Origin: Nymphaea colorata
Taxonomy: Eukaryota
Assembly (NCBI RefSeq): GCF_008831285.2
Contig: NC_045138.2
Location: forward strand, 20,212,001 to 20,276,000
Length of the DNA: 64,000 nt
Direction of reading: 5' to 3'
In this document: piece after piece, positions 23,946-36,566 of the stretch
How positions within the stretch are numbered: position 1 is the first letter of the stretch
Layout: each line of letters begins with the position of its first letter
Translations under genes and position numbers: made by a program
Notes under the pieces: generated by a model
Seen by the model: only the letters and a program-made list of their open reading frames with translations
What the model was told of the DNA's origin: nothing
The model's database searches: none

Positions 23946-26850
23946 ATGGATCTTCAATCTCCTTTGGGCTTCTCGAATAAATGTTGTACTAATAGTTGTA
24001 GCCTGACGGGTAGCAGCAAATGGCATCGTTCTGTGAAGAGGAAGGTTGAACAGATTGAGGAACTGCTGGGCCATAGAGGAGATTTGGTGGATGACCTGGA
24101 CTATTTTTCAGTTGCTCGAATTGAGATAGAAAATGAATGCATGGCTTTGAGAGAGACAGTAAATAGTCAGCAGAAACAAATTCAGGATCTTTGCAGTGAG
24201 CTAGATGAAGAAAGGAATGCATCAGCTTCTGCTGCAAATGAGGCCATGTCAATGATTTTACGGTTGCAGAGAGAAAAGGCTGAGGTTCAGATGGAAGCTC
24301 GGCAGTTTAAGCGGTTTACGGAGGAGAAAATGGCTCATGATCAGCAGGAGCTGCTGTCAATGGAGGACACTTTGTATAAGAAAGACCAGCTCATACAATC
24401 ACTCAATTGTGAGATACAGGCTTACAAGCATAGGCTAATGAGTCTCGGCTTTGACCAGTTTGACTTTGAAGATGCTAAGTTGAATGAAGGTTCTTCCACG
24501 AGTCGATATAATCGAAATAGGAGTATTGGGGAGAAGTGGGAAAATGCAGATTGGCAGGAAACAGAAGAATCAAATAGATCTGTGTATTCAGAGGGTACTC
24601 CTTTAGGTCGGGGGCAGAAACCTAATCTTTTTGAGTACCCACCATTAAGATGCAGCTTGAATGGGATTCAAGAATTTTCTGAATATGATGATTCATTAGA
24701 CCTTGAGAAGTATGCTTCAGGTGAAACTCCTCGTAACCGGGAGCAACTTCAGAATTTGGAGGACAGGATTTATCGTCTAGAGCATTTGGATGGTAAATTC
24801 AACTATGGAGAGAATCTCCGTGACAAAGGGGTAGCCACTCCTTCTCCTAGAAGATCAAGACATGCTAGAAATTTATCTACAGATAGTGCCAGCACTTATT
24901 CTGTTTTGGTGAAGGAAGCACACCAAGAATGTATTGTGGAAAACGTGTTGATGTCAGGTCCAAGAGAAAGCTCGAAAAGGCTGGAGGACTTTTGTGCCAA
25001 TGAGGATTACTTCTATTCAAGGAATTGGAGCAATGCTTCTGAACTTGCTGATGATCCTAGTGACAGAATATATACAATTGACTCGGTTCATGGTGCACGT
25101 GGCTCTAAGCAAACATCAGATGAAAAAGGTGGCTGGATGGGGGAACCAGTTCCATACAGAAACAGGGTTGAGAATGCTAGTTATTGCATGGCTGATGGAA
25201 ATTTTCGGACTCTGCGACCTGATGATGGTGCTCTTGATTGCAAACCTCAGATCGGAAAGCTTGATGAGTATGTTGCTTCACCTAGAGGTTCTTTGAAGAG
25301 GACCGATATGGTGGATGGGGATGTTAAGAAGCTGTATTTGAGGCTTCAAGCACTTGAGGCAGACAGGGAATCAATGCGGCAGTCAATAATGTCAATGCAA
25401 ACAGATAAGGCTCAATTGATATTGCTAAGAGAGATAGCTCAACAGCTGTGTAAAGAGCTCACACCAGAAAAAAAGATGGTCAAAAAGCCATCCTTGATTG
25501 AAAGGATTTCATTTATGTCAGTGTTGAAGGTAAAATCTATGGTTTTAGTATGTACTATTTTCTTTAATTGGTTTGCTGAAGAAGCTATACAGATTATTAG
25601 TTTCTGCCTTGCTGTCATGTGTCAAAATCAAAATTTTCATATGAATGTCTTTTTTTCTTGTCTTCCTTTTTTTCCTTCCAGTAGCTGTCAGCCCTTTGAT
25701 TTGCCTATTGAGGAGCTATACGTTTGATCTTTTTTTCCCCTTCACCTTCTTGATTAGTTTTCTTTTTCTGGTTTTTTGCTATTTGGTTTTCTTAGGTTAT
25801 AGAGTTACCTGCGCATCACATTCCCAGTTATGCTTATCTTTTCTTCATTGAGTGTGGAACTGTGAAAAAGGGAGATAGAGAGAGGCTGCCAATGTGTCAC
25901 ACCCAAGAAGAAATGAGAATTTTCACCTAGGTAAAAGAAATAGAATTTTTAAGAATTCCTATATAAGCATACCCTCTCAAATGTGATGCTTTTGTCTTGA
26001 TATGACATAAAATGCAGAGAGCTGTTATTGGCTACAGCATTTACAAACCTAATTTGGGGAAATGGATCGGCTATCTGGTCCTGTCTCTAGCATATGCTCT
26101 TGAGTGAATGATTGAAACAGTAAAGGGTCGCCTGAAACAGAATCTCTCATTTAAAACACCCCAGCTCCAATTAGGTTCCTGTTGTTGTTTTGGTTGTTGG
26201 TCTAAAGGAGTTTATCATGTACTTGCTAGTCAATTTTATTCCAACCAGATATTAACTCTGATCTGACCCTGTGTTGAGTAATGAACAGCTGAGGGAAGTG
26301 ACTGCATGAACATGGTTAAGTAGGGGACTCTTATATACAATATGACAGCTTCTTTATCTGTAATTATTTACAAGAACATATTATCTGGTCAAATGTGATT
26401 GTACCTAAATGGACTGTATGCATCACCAGTCAAACATCCTTTCATCTTCTGGTTTATGTTGGATTCCTGAAGCATTTCTAACTTTTCTTTTTTTCTTTTG
26501 TTGCTTCTAGAGCATGATTTATGCTTTTATTTTGGTTTTAACTTTTAACGACTTGCATACAAGTGACGTTTCATAAGAAACTTACTCTAGTTTACCGTGC
26601 ATCTGATTTTCAGTGGATTGTGTCTTTTATCTTCTGCAGAAAGAGACCACAAAGAATAAAGTAAGTAATGGTTCGCTCATTTATTTACTCTTTGTAACCA
26701 CATATGTACAATTACGAGGTAATCATCTTGTTTCCTTCCCTTTTCAGATACCCATTTGGTCCAACCGGGAACAATGTGGGCCTTATATTGCTTTTGGATA
26801 GATCTTCACAATTCAGACGTTGGAGAGGCATCACCAGAGCAAAAGCATGA
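23946..26850 (+). CDS. MYOB7: Myosin-binding protein 7-like (MyoB7; GTD-binding/DUF593), 3 coding exons, 577 aa
   Basis: Exons 23946-25529, 26614-26660 and 26748-26850 (GT-AG, in phase). Contains the DUF593 coiled coil and KKLYLRLQALEADRESMRQ. The C-terminus SVLK-WIVSFIFCRKRPQRIK-YPFGPTGNNVGLILLLDRS...* is typical of MyoB7. The ORF-track end at 25727 is intron read-through. Confidence 0.9.
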
Positions 26851-28374
26851 AACAGGAGATTTGAAATAACGATGGTGCATTTGGTTGGAGAACTTTTATA
26901 GATCCAAAGCATATACAGTTGGTTGAGGATTGATGTGTAATCTGCAATGGGGCTTTATTGCTTTAGCACCATGGAGTTAATGCCTTGTGGTGCTCATCTA
27001 TAACAAGGTTGCACAAATTTGATATTGTTCGTAAATTTGTCTTCGGGTGCAGTACCAAGAAACCTGTCCAAGTTGTGAACTCTCACAATCATTAAGCTTT
27101 CCTTGAGCTTTTTCAACTGATTCTGTGAGGCAGACGTTATGGGTGAACAGTTTCTGTAAAATGAATGTGTAGATCACTTTTGTACAGCTTCACCTGAAAT
27201 TGTATTCATTGAGTTTTAGTTGTAATTTCTGTGTATCTTAAAAGTGCAGCTGGATTTCCAGTTTCTACTCATGATATGCTCCGTAAACCAAGAATATAGT
27301 GTTTCTTTTGTATGTTTTACCCGTTTAGCATAATATCACACAATCGAGGTGTGCGTTGCATTTCTAGCCTCAAGAAGGCAGAAAGGATATTGCAGCATTT
27401 CATCTGGTTTTCTTCGCTCTTGCAAATTACTGAACTACTTATCAACATTTTATTCTCATGATGCAGATTCCGGCAAGCTAATCTTTCCGTGGTGCTAAAA
27501 CATGAAGGCAAAAAAGGCGCCCTTCTGTTAATTTGCAACAAAAAATTGCTATTTTCTCCTTGTGGTTGAAGGGTGGGGAAGGGTTTCTTTTCTTGTGGTC
27601 ATGTGCAAATTGGGAACACAAGAAGGTGCATGGAATTTCCAGTAGAATGCCCTGAAAATTTTGATAGTTCTGATGTCTTTTGTCATAATATGCTTAACTG
27701 GGAAAGTGAAATTCCCGTCCAGCGCTTGTATTTTAGGGCTTGTTATCATGCTTGGTAAGGTGGCTAACTTAGATCGCCATTTGGAACATGTTTGTGTTGT
27801 AAATGGGGGAAGCTTGTCGAGTGGTTTAGTTTTTCGGTGAAGTGCCTTAAGGTTTTTATTTGAGCTCATGAAATTGGCTGTCGCTGAAAACAATGATTCT
27901 CATTTTTTGAAAAATCGACACCACTATTGTGATCAGGTTAACAACCATCACTATTTTCAACCTGCAGTAATAATGTTCTTTTTTTTCTTCCCACTAACAG
28001 TAGTCTTCAAATTATTAATTTGTTCATGATGGTCGCAAGAATGAGTAAAATCTGCAATGCGTCGCTTCAACCAATCAAAAGGAGCTGTTATTTCAAAATG
28101 ATCCATCCCTGATAACAGATCGTAGAGTTCGGGTGACCAGAATATGCCTGAGGGTTGAGGCCCTCCTTTCCTTGGCCCAGGTTTCAAGACTACTTTGGTG
28201 GAGACTCTCACCCGTCTGACAGACCAACCAACTACGTTGAACTCTCGGAGTGGGAGATTTTAAGTTACTTTGAAGATAGAGTGAACCAGAGATTTTTCTA
28301 CTTTTTGGATTTACTCAAGGCTGATCTAAATGCACTTGCTATTAAGTGAGAATCGTGAAATATTCCTTGTTTGG

Positions 28375-28830
28375 AGTTCGAGTTCAGTCTGAGCTAACTA
28401 AGAAAACCTCGAGCTCGACTCGGCTCAAGCTCGAGAATAGCTCGATGGAAGCAACTCGAGCTCGACTCGGCAGTTATATGTTGAGCTCGAGCTCGACTCG
28501 ATTAAGACTCGACAAACTCGTTTCAATAGAATTGATATTCATCATTATGTGTTGAGCTCGAGCTCAACTTGATTAAAGCTCGACAAACTCTTTTGAATAG
28601 CTCGACAAACTAGTAAACTAGTTTGAATATATTGACTTATTATGGCTCAACAAACTCGATTAAGGCTCGAGCTCGACTCGACAATTACATGTTGAGCTCA
28701 AACTCAAGTTGATTATTTAAACGAGTCGACTCATGAACTCGAGCTCCGCTCGTTAAGCAAATGAATCGACTCAAACTCATTCACGAGCCAAGCTTTAACG
28801 AGTCGAGCTCAAGTGACTTGACTACCCCTA
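28375..28830. mobile_element. GAGCTCGA/CTCGAC-rich MITE (hAT-derived type) upstream of eIF2-gamma
   Basis: Many (G)AGCTCGAGCTCGACTCG subrepeats; right terminus GACTACCCCTA. The left terminus is not clear. Confidence 0.7.
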
Positions 28831-29449
28831 TATCTACTGAGTAAACAAACTCCAAATTTCACCACAGAAGATTTATAATGTTCGGTATGTGGCAAAAACC
28901 TCAGATCACCTGGAAATTTTTGATAAATACATATTTTATCAATTTTAAAAAAAAGTCTCTTTAGAAAAAGGAATTTTTGCATAAGTAATGCTCCATTCAC
29001 CGTGTCCGCGTCCCTTGTGATAGGACAGTGGACTCCCATTACGCTCAATATTGCCAGCTTTGCCACTCAGCCGCCGGCTCCTTTCCTTCTTTTCTCTGTG
29101 CGTCCTTGTCAAACATGTAAGGACAAAATCGTATTTTTCCTTCTTAGGGCGATGCTAAAACCTCCTCTTGCGTGCGTGCAGCTTCTCTCCTCTTCTCTGT
29201 CTTGTGCTTGTCCCAGCGAGGAGTTGCCCTCCTTTTCTTCTCCTTTACATACTCCGTGTGGCTGTCCATCTTCGCCCTTCCGCGTCGTCTTCCCCGTGGA
29301 ATTCTAATCCCTCCTGTCATTTTATCTGAATCAGAGTATGGCCTCCCTTCTTTTTCTTTCTTGTTTTGGGTGTGCTTTCGCTCCCGTTTTGATTGCGCGT
29401 TAGGCAAATGCTGATGGATTTGATTTTCATTTATCTTTGTATAAATGTG

Positions 29450-29532
29450 TAGGGTTTATTGGTTCCTCAAGGGTCTAGGTTTTTTGAAGTTTTGAATGCG
29501 GAAAGCAGAACGAAGCTGAAATGTTAGGGTTT
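29450..29532. promoter_or_regulatory. Telo-boxes (TAGGGTTT = AAACCCTA) in the eIF2-gamma 5' region
   Basis: TAGGGTTT at 29450-29457 and 29525-29532, with another at 30916-30923. Telo-boxes are known to be enriched at plant translation-machinery genes. Confidence 0.5.
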
Positions 29533-29819
29533 TATTTTGTATGGTGGTGTTCTTAGAATTTGATTATCTCTTCTATGAAGAGGAGATGTTGTAATGTGCT
29601 TGTCCCGATCTCTAGGGGTTTCTTTCTTCCTTGGTTTCTGCTGTTTTTTATTGTTTCTAACGTGTCGTGGATCTGCTGGAGCTTGTTTTGCTTTGTTTCT
29701 GTCCCAGTGACTAGTGTTTGCTTCGTTAAGATAGAGAGTTTCTCTTCTTCAGGTTTTGCTGAAGTCTTTCCGTTGTTTTGGTTATAGGAGTACAGAGTTC
29801 TTTGCTGCAATAAGCCAAG

Positions 29820-32800
29820 ATGTCGAGGAAGGGGTTAATGGAGCAGGACCTGAGTAAGCTTGATGTCACGAAATTGCATCCGCTCTCGCCGGAAGTAATT
29901 TCCCGTCAAGCTACCATCAACATAGGTCAGTAACGGTTTGGTGCTCCGTGGCAATTCAAATAAACGTGAATAATCGAATTACAGAACTACTGATTGAATT
30001 GGATTATGTGATTTTGTACGTTCAGTTTGTTCAACTTATTGATTATGTCTGTTCTTATGATTTTGCTCTTGGTGATGCTTCTCTTCCCCTCGTCATATAT
30101 TTCTCATTTGAGCTGGTTTTCTGGAGTTCATTTATGTGTTGTTCTTTCACTGATGGGATAAAAGAAATACCTTGTTTGTTGGAACTTGTTTCTTCGCTGT
30201 TTATGGGTGATCAGACTATCGTTACGGCTCTGCTTAGCTTGGTTTGATCCTTGTGATTTGTCCCATGCTATTTGGCTTCTCATATAGTCTGCCTCATGGT
30301 TGCTAGAGAAGCCTTTTCCAACAAATTTTCTGAACATTCTCTAACTGCTTCCTTTTCCGGTGTGTCCCTCAATTTTTTCATTACATCTTCTGCATTTATA
30401 GGTGTTGTAGCCATTTTGACTTAGAGGAATATTTCAAATCTACATTTCACTTAGAAGTGCATCTCCAACAATTAAACGTTTACCTGGTTACTTGAAGTAA
30501 TATGAATCTGTTTGGTTTTGAATGTACTAGATGTTAATATATTAACAAAAGAAATCGTTTTACTTAAAAGTACATCTTCAAAAGTTAAACGATTACCTGG
30601 TTCTATTTGAAATTTTGAAGTAATCAATGTAGACAGAAGAAGTTGTCGAAAAACTTTTGCATGTTGAATACCTTTAAGTTCTTTTCCTTGTCCTGAGCAT
30701 AGTTCAGTTTCATTGGTTTGAAATTTCAGTTTATGGTTTGAAACTTTTCTAGTCAGACCAGCGTGTGTTACACTTGATAGTTGATACATGAGTAAAGGTG
30801 GTCATGCAAGCTGAGTGATCACTAATTCCAATTTTGCAGGTACAATTGGACATGTGGCACATGGGAAATCAACTGTTGTTAAAGCGATATCTGGTGTGCA
30901 GGTGATGTGATTCCCTAGGGTTTTAAAGTTTTTGCATGTCCCCCTTCCTCAGCAACACTTTCATGCTTGAGTAATTAATATTTTTGTTGTTACTTTTGTG
31001 TTTACTTTATTTGATGAATTTACTGCACTCATTTTCTTTATTTTGGGGCTTTCATGTTGTTCTCTGAGTCCATTTTATATGGACCTGTTTAACTCTATGA
31101 TATGTACTTACTGAGGTACATCAGTCACCAAAGAAAAATGGAAATTTCTTTAATCATATTGTGATTAATAATGTTCTTCAATTTGACTTAAAAGAAGGAC
31201 AATTCATCTGTTGCTTGATAGAAGTTTGGATTTGGAAAAAGTCATTTTGTCTATTTCTCTGATTAAAAGAGTATCATATCTGAAATTGTTATATGTTGCT
31301 GTTGTTGTTGTTTTGTGGTCTGTCTGCTGATATTGGAATTTGCATTTCTCTAGACTGTTCGCTTTAAAAATGAACTGGAGCGTAATATCACGATTAAGCT
31401 AGGATATGCTAATGCAAAGATATACAAATGTGAAGATGAGCGCTGTCCTCGGCCAATGTGCTACAAGTATGTAATGGGAAAGCGCTTCACATTGCTTTAT
31501 GATTTTCCATCATTTTGATGTTTGCTTGTCATAACTCTTGGTTTGATTTATATCAGGGCTTATGGAAGTGGGAAGGAAGACAGTCCTTTATGTGATGTTA
31601 TTGGATTTGAGAATTGTCGGATGAAGCTGTTGAGGCATGTTTCATTTGTGGACTGTCCAGTAGGTCCATTTATCTGATCGCCTGTATTTATTTAAACTGA
31701 ACTTCTTTCTGATTCTCATGTTATCAAGCCTAGGTTTATGTACTTTTGTTCTTTTGCTTTTTTTTTCCTGGAGTTATTTGTGTTTATTTTTGCTGCATAA
31801 AACATGAAATTGAAATGCATCTACTTTGTGTACTTTTTAGTTTTTATTATGATAAGTTCTGAGTTTAGGAAGGGTCATTAGCTGGAGAATATTTTTGTTT
31901 GCCCAGGCTTGTCAAGTTTAAGTTTCATGAAGGATTACTAAACTGGGAGAAGGGAAACAAATTGGAAATTCTAATTCTGGGATTTGCAACATTTTTCTAA
32001 TTCAGCTCCAATTCATTACCTATCATTTTCTACTTGTTACTTATATCATATTTTCTGACTTTATTGATTAGAAAATCTTCAATTTGATGAAAAATTGAGT
32101 CCAGTGCTAATATAAAGTTAATCTAATTTAATTAGTTAATGTGGTGGCATTGAAGTTACTTCTAGTCAACCTATTGGCGTGGAAAACTGGAAATGATTAT
32201 TCATGCCTCTTCCCTCAACAAAGTTATTGCATGGTTGTTATCTACTTTCTTCTGCACATATCTACTAGTTTGAAACTTGTAATCTTCATCTTGCAAAGGA
32301 TCTGTTGATTTTGAGAGCATGAATTGTTTTGATTTGGTTTGCAACTTTGCTTGTGTCTTATCTAGTAAGCTAGGTTGGCTTTATATATGATTAGTTCAGA
32401 GGTTGCCAAAAATAGGTGCAATGAGTGTTTACTGTCTAGGCATGGCATTTTTTTTCTTTTATTTTTTATGGAGAGGGCATTGATGAGTATATGTTCATCA
32501 TCACCTAAATTCAGGTTGTGCTTGCCTTACAATTTCTAACATAATGATGCTATCCAAAACATCATATCTGGTGCTACACACTTCACAAATACATTTATAG
32601 AGATCACTTGTCAGGCGCCGTAAAGATACCAGCACACAATTGTGGTTGTTACTTTGAATCATTTGGACTACCTGGCTGTCAGTATTTTAACGTATATTTT
32701 TGTAGTCATGACCTATCTTGATGATCAAGAACTGACTGTATGATGTAATTTAGGTGTATGTACCTTAGTGAAGAAAATGTTTGTCAATGGATGGACAGCC

Positions 32801-32862
32801 ATTAGATCCCAGCACTAGTTGTCATTTTTCTATTTTGACCTTTCCTTTTTTAATTCTTTGCA

Positions 32863-32906
<44 letters not shown>

Positions 32907-34878
32907 TACATACATATATATGTGTGTATGTAGTCATTTTGCATGAACTTTATGTATATATTTTTGTGAAAAATGACGCCTCAATGATATGTCTTCTTCA
33001 GGAGAATATGTTATTATGCTCACTTCTCTCCCTTTTAAGACTTATTTTATCGGCATATTTCCAGGGTCATGATATTCTTATGGCTACAATGCTTAATGGG
33101 GCAGCCATCATGGATGGAGCATTGCTTTTAATTGCAAGCAATGAAAGCTGTCCTCAGCCTCAAACTTCAGAGCATCTTGCTGCTATTGAAATTATGAGAC
33201 TCCAGCACATTATCATTCTACAAAACAAAATTGATCTTGTCCAAGAGAGTGTCTCTATGAACCAGTATGAAGCCATTCAGAAATTTATCCAGGTCAGTAG
33301 TATAATGGCAGCTATTTCACATTTCAAGTCAAAAGCATTTTTTTTTGTCCTTTCTTATTTGAAACGGGGTTATACTAAAAAAACCAGTGATTCTTTTATT
33401 TGCAGGGAACAGTTGCTGATGGAGCACCTGTCGTGCCTATATCTGCACAGTTGAAGTACAATATTGATGTGGTTTGTGAGTACATTGTGAAAAAAATTCC
33501 AATTCCTCAGAGGGATTTTGTTGCACCACCAAATATGATTGTTATCAGGTCATTTGATGTCAATAAACCTGGATCAGAAGTTGATGAAATAAAAGGAGGG
33601 GTTGCTGGTGGAAGTATTCTGAGGGTATGTCTACTTCCGTGAACTTAAAGCTCAGGCTTAGTCTTGAAGTTGTTTTAAAGAGAGTTTGTGACAAGTATTT
33701 CAAAAGTCTTTTAGTTGCATTTTCTTTTCAATTTTGACTGTATATCAATTGAACAAAGTAAAATTTTCCATTGAGTATGGAGCTCGCAGAGAGAGTTGTT
33801 GTGCCAAGTTTACCTAGCCAAACCTAATAATTTACTTTAGTCTTGAAATCCAAATTTTAGGATGCACCGTTATCTAGGTAATCTGGTCTCCATTGTCAAA
33901 TTTTGCTCTCTGCTGATATTTGTGTACATTTAATGCCTTCTAGGCGTGGTAGTTCTAATCTCTTCAGCATCATGTTTATTTTGGCATTTACAATATGCGC
34001 CTCTGGTGTATGTTGCAGGGAGTTTTGAAGGTGAACCAGTATATTGAAGTTCGTCCGGGGATTGTTGCAAAGGATGAAACTGGCAATATGAGATGTACAC
34101 CTATATACTCGAGAATAGTTTCGTTGTTTGCTGAGCAGAACGAGCTGCAATTTGCTGTTCCAGGTGGACTTATTGGAGTTGGTACAACAATGGACCCTAC
34201 TCTCACTCGTGCTGATAGGTTGGTTGGTCAGGTCCTTGGGGAGGTTGGCTCGCTTCCTGAAGTCTATGTAGAGCTTGAGGTAAGGGCACCTTGCAGTTGC
34301 ATTTGAATCTCCTTTGCTGATGTTTCCAATAGAAAGTCAGAGACTGAGAAGCGTAGAGGAGCCTAGTTAGTGTTTCTTCATGGACATATCTTACGTTTTC
34401 ATGAATATTCTAGTTCAAAATGCTCATTTATTTTCATTGTTTGTTGCTTTGACATTAGCGATTAAGTTATGCAGACTGAAACTTTGGGTTGCTCATATGT
34501 CTGTTCTGTCCTTGAAGTCATTACTGTCTGTGGTTTTAGTGGCAACTGGATTGATTGGTCCTGAACATTTTCCAGGTAAACTTCTTCCTTCTCCGGCGTC
34601 TGCTAGGGGTCAGGACAAAGGGCTCCGAGAAGCAAGGAAAAGTAGCAAAACTGACCAAGGGCGAGATGCTGATGCTCAACATTGGCTCCATGTCAACTGG
34701 AGCTCGTGTAATTGCAGTGAAGAATGATCTTGCCAAGCTACAGCTTACAGCACCAGTCTGCACAAGCAAAGGAGAGAAGATGGCCCTGAGTAGGCGTGTG
34801 GAGAAGCACTGGCGACTCATCGGATGGGGTCAAATCCAGGCAGGACTCACGCTCGACATCCCGCCCTGCCCCCTCTGA
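29820..34878 (+). CDS. EIF2G: Eukaryotic translation initiation factor 2 subunit gamma, 8 coding exons, 464 aa
   Basis: Exons 29820-29925, 30840-30901, 31354-31466, 31557-31659, 33065-33292, 33406-33624, 34019-34279 and 34576-34878 (1395 nt, all GT-AG, in phase). Motifs: [25 protein letters not shown] (G1), DCPGH (G3), NKID (G4), [10 protein letters not shown]. Confidence 0.97.
32865..32930. repeat. (CA)n/(TA) microsatellite in eIF2-gamma intron 4
   Basis: Run of about 18 CA units followed by TACA/TA/TG units. Confidence 0.9.
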
Positions 34879-35839
34879 AGATTGAAGAAAACCGGGAAAG
34901 TTTCATTTGTTTATTTGCAGAGAAAGAGTAAAGATGTGGGCTGGCAGAGAGCTGCTAGGAACAATTTTTGTGAGATGGAGAAGAAAACCTGGGCTTAATT
35001 TTTATTACTACATTTCATGTTTGCGTGAAAGCTTTGACTTTGTCGGTGCCAGTTGAGATTTGGTGTATTCCATTATATTGATTTTTGAGTAATATCTGAG
35101 GACTGGTGTACTAATATTTTTGTAGATGTTCTGTCGTGTTTCTTGGTTCGTATAATCTAGTTTTGAACTGGTGACGAGTTGGCGAAAGCTCTATCAGTTT
35201 GTTTGTTTGTTTTTTTTTTTTTTTTGGGGGGGGTTCCATTTAACAGCTTACAGTGCACATAAGAGAGATGGTTCAATGAAGGAAATTCTAACTCGTCGTG
35301 CATGCTTTTGGTATTTTCTGCGTGTGTATTTGTTTTTCTTTTTTCATTTTCAAATGCTAAGGTTTTGATTATAGGAAGTCTCGGGTTTTTGCTCACATGT
35401 CGTCCCAAGGAAAGGATTTAGTTCTTTTCTAGCGGTTATATTTAATACCCAATAAGCTCGGCTCAGACATAGTGTTGTTATGATGACCGCCCTCAGAAGA
35501 GATTTAGGCCGCCCAACAAAGTTCACTGGCGTCTGCAGCACTTGACGAAACAAAGCGCTTTCGTCGTCATTTCATTGTTGTAAAAATTGGAAAAGTTAGT
35601 GTAATTTGGTGGCAAATTGATCCAATTCACACGCTGGTCTACTGTATTATAAACCGTTGCTTTTACAAATATTTTTCAAAGTTTTCTGATTTATTTTTAT
35701 ATATTTCTATTTTTGAAGACAAAAAGAATATAATAACGTCGTTTTGCTAGTTGAAATTTGGAACGCCGGTTTGCCGATTCACCCTCGCTGATTCTATTCA
35801 ATATCCCATTTTTATGACAACACTTCACCGTTTAGCTCG

Positions 35840-36495
35840 TCTCGTGAACATCCAGCCATTTCTTTGTAGGCGACAGTTGGACGCTGAGATCGTCTTCAGC
35901 GAGTCTTGGGAGCAAAGAATGTATAACGTAGGTGACAGAGCGGTGGCATGCAGCAAATGGCGGCCGACGCACAAAGCGAAGGATTACTTTTCAGAGTGGA
36001 CATCCCGAAAAGCTCCTGCTGTTACGCTTTCCTAAAAATCTGCTGCCAACAACTAGAAGCCAAGAGCACTCGGTAGAATGCTAGCATGTCGAGGAGGCTG
36101 GAGAAGGTGAGAAAAGAATTAACTGGCGAGGAGAAGAGAGAGCAGCAAGGGTGGAGGACAAGCCAGGGCATGTGACAACGCTCACAAAGAAAACATAAAT
36201 TTCTGGACGGTGGTCGACAGACTCTTTGAGCAATAGTTAGAAAGGTGGAGGCCATGCCAGATTGATAGAAGGTGTTGAGATGACCAAGGAGCCAAGTAAA
36301 TGCCCTCTCATCCTCGTAGAAGGCCCTGAGAACCCGAGCGTCCCATGAAAGCTAAGGGACGGCCAGAGGTGGCCAGCACATAGGGCCATGGTTGGGGAGG
36401 TCACCAAGTCGAATGAAGAGGGGAAGGACGGTGGTTTCTCGATAGAGGCACCGGATTCCATTGTCGATGTAGAATCATCAATCAACCTGTCTTGA
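35840..36495 (+). mobile_element. Possible highly decayed LINE ORF1 relic (DUF4283 / zinc-knuckle-like)
   Basis: YNVGDRAVACSKWRPT resembles WYVGRRLLIANQWHP of the LINE ORF1 at ~51930. It is followed by RFPK-IC...RSQEHSVEC-like and GW..QR segments across frames, in a purine-rich, GC-elevated tract. Confidence 0.35.
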
Positions 36496-36566
36496 GCATA
36501 AAGTTACCCATCACAAAATGTTAGATCTCAGGTCCTTTTTTTGTTCCAATCACTCGCATAATTTTC

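Noticed and set aside
25530..25727. Hydrophobic C-terminus of the 593-aa MyoB7 ORF
   Set aside because: Intron read-through; a GT donor at 25530 and two downstream exons give the conserved C-terminus.
28375..28830. Regular GAGCTCGA repeats as a CRISPR-like array
   Set aside because: Plant DNA, no constant repeat-spacer period and no cas genes; these are MITE subterminal repeats.
32819..33064. THTHTH-containing N-terminal part of the 211-aa ORF
   Set aside because: Translation of an intronic (CA)n microsatellite upstream of eIF2-gamma exon 5.
34571..34582. CAG|GTAAAC at the start of eIF2-gamma exon 8 as a recursive splice site
   Set aside because: Explained by the conserved coding sequence (E-VNFFLLRR); no independent evidence.
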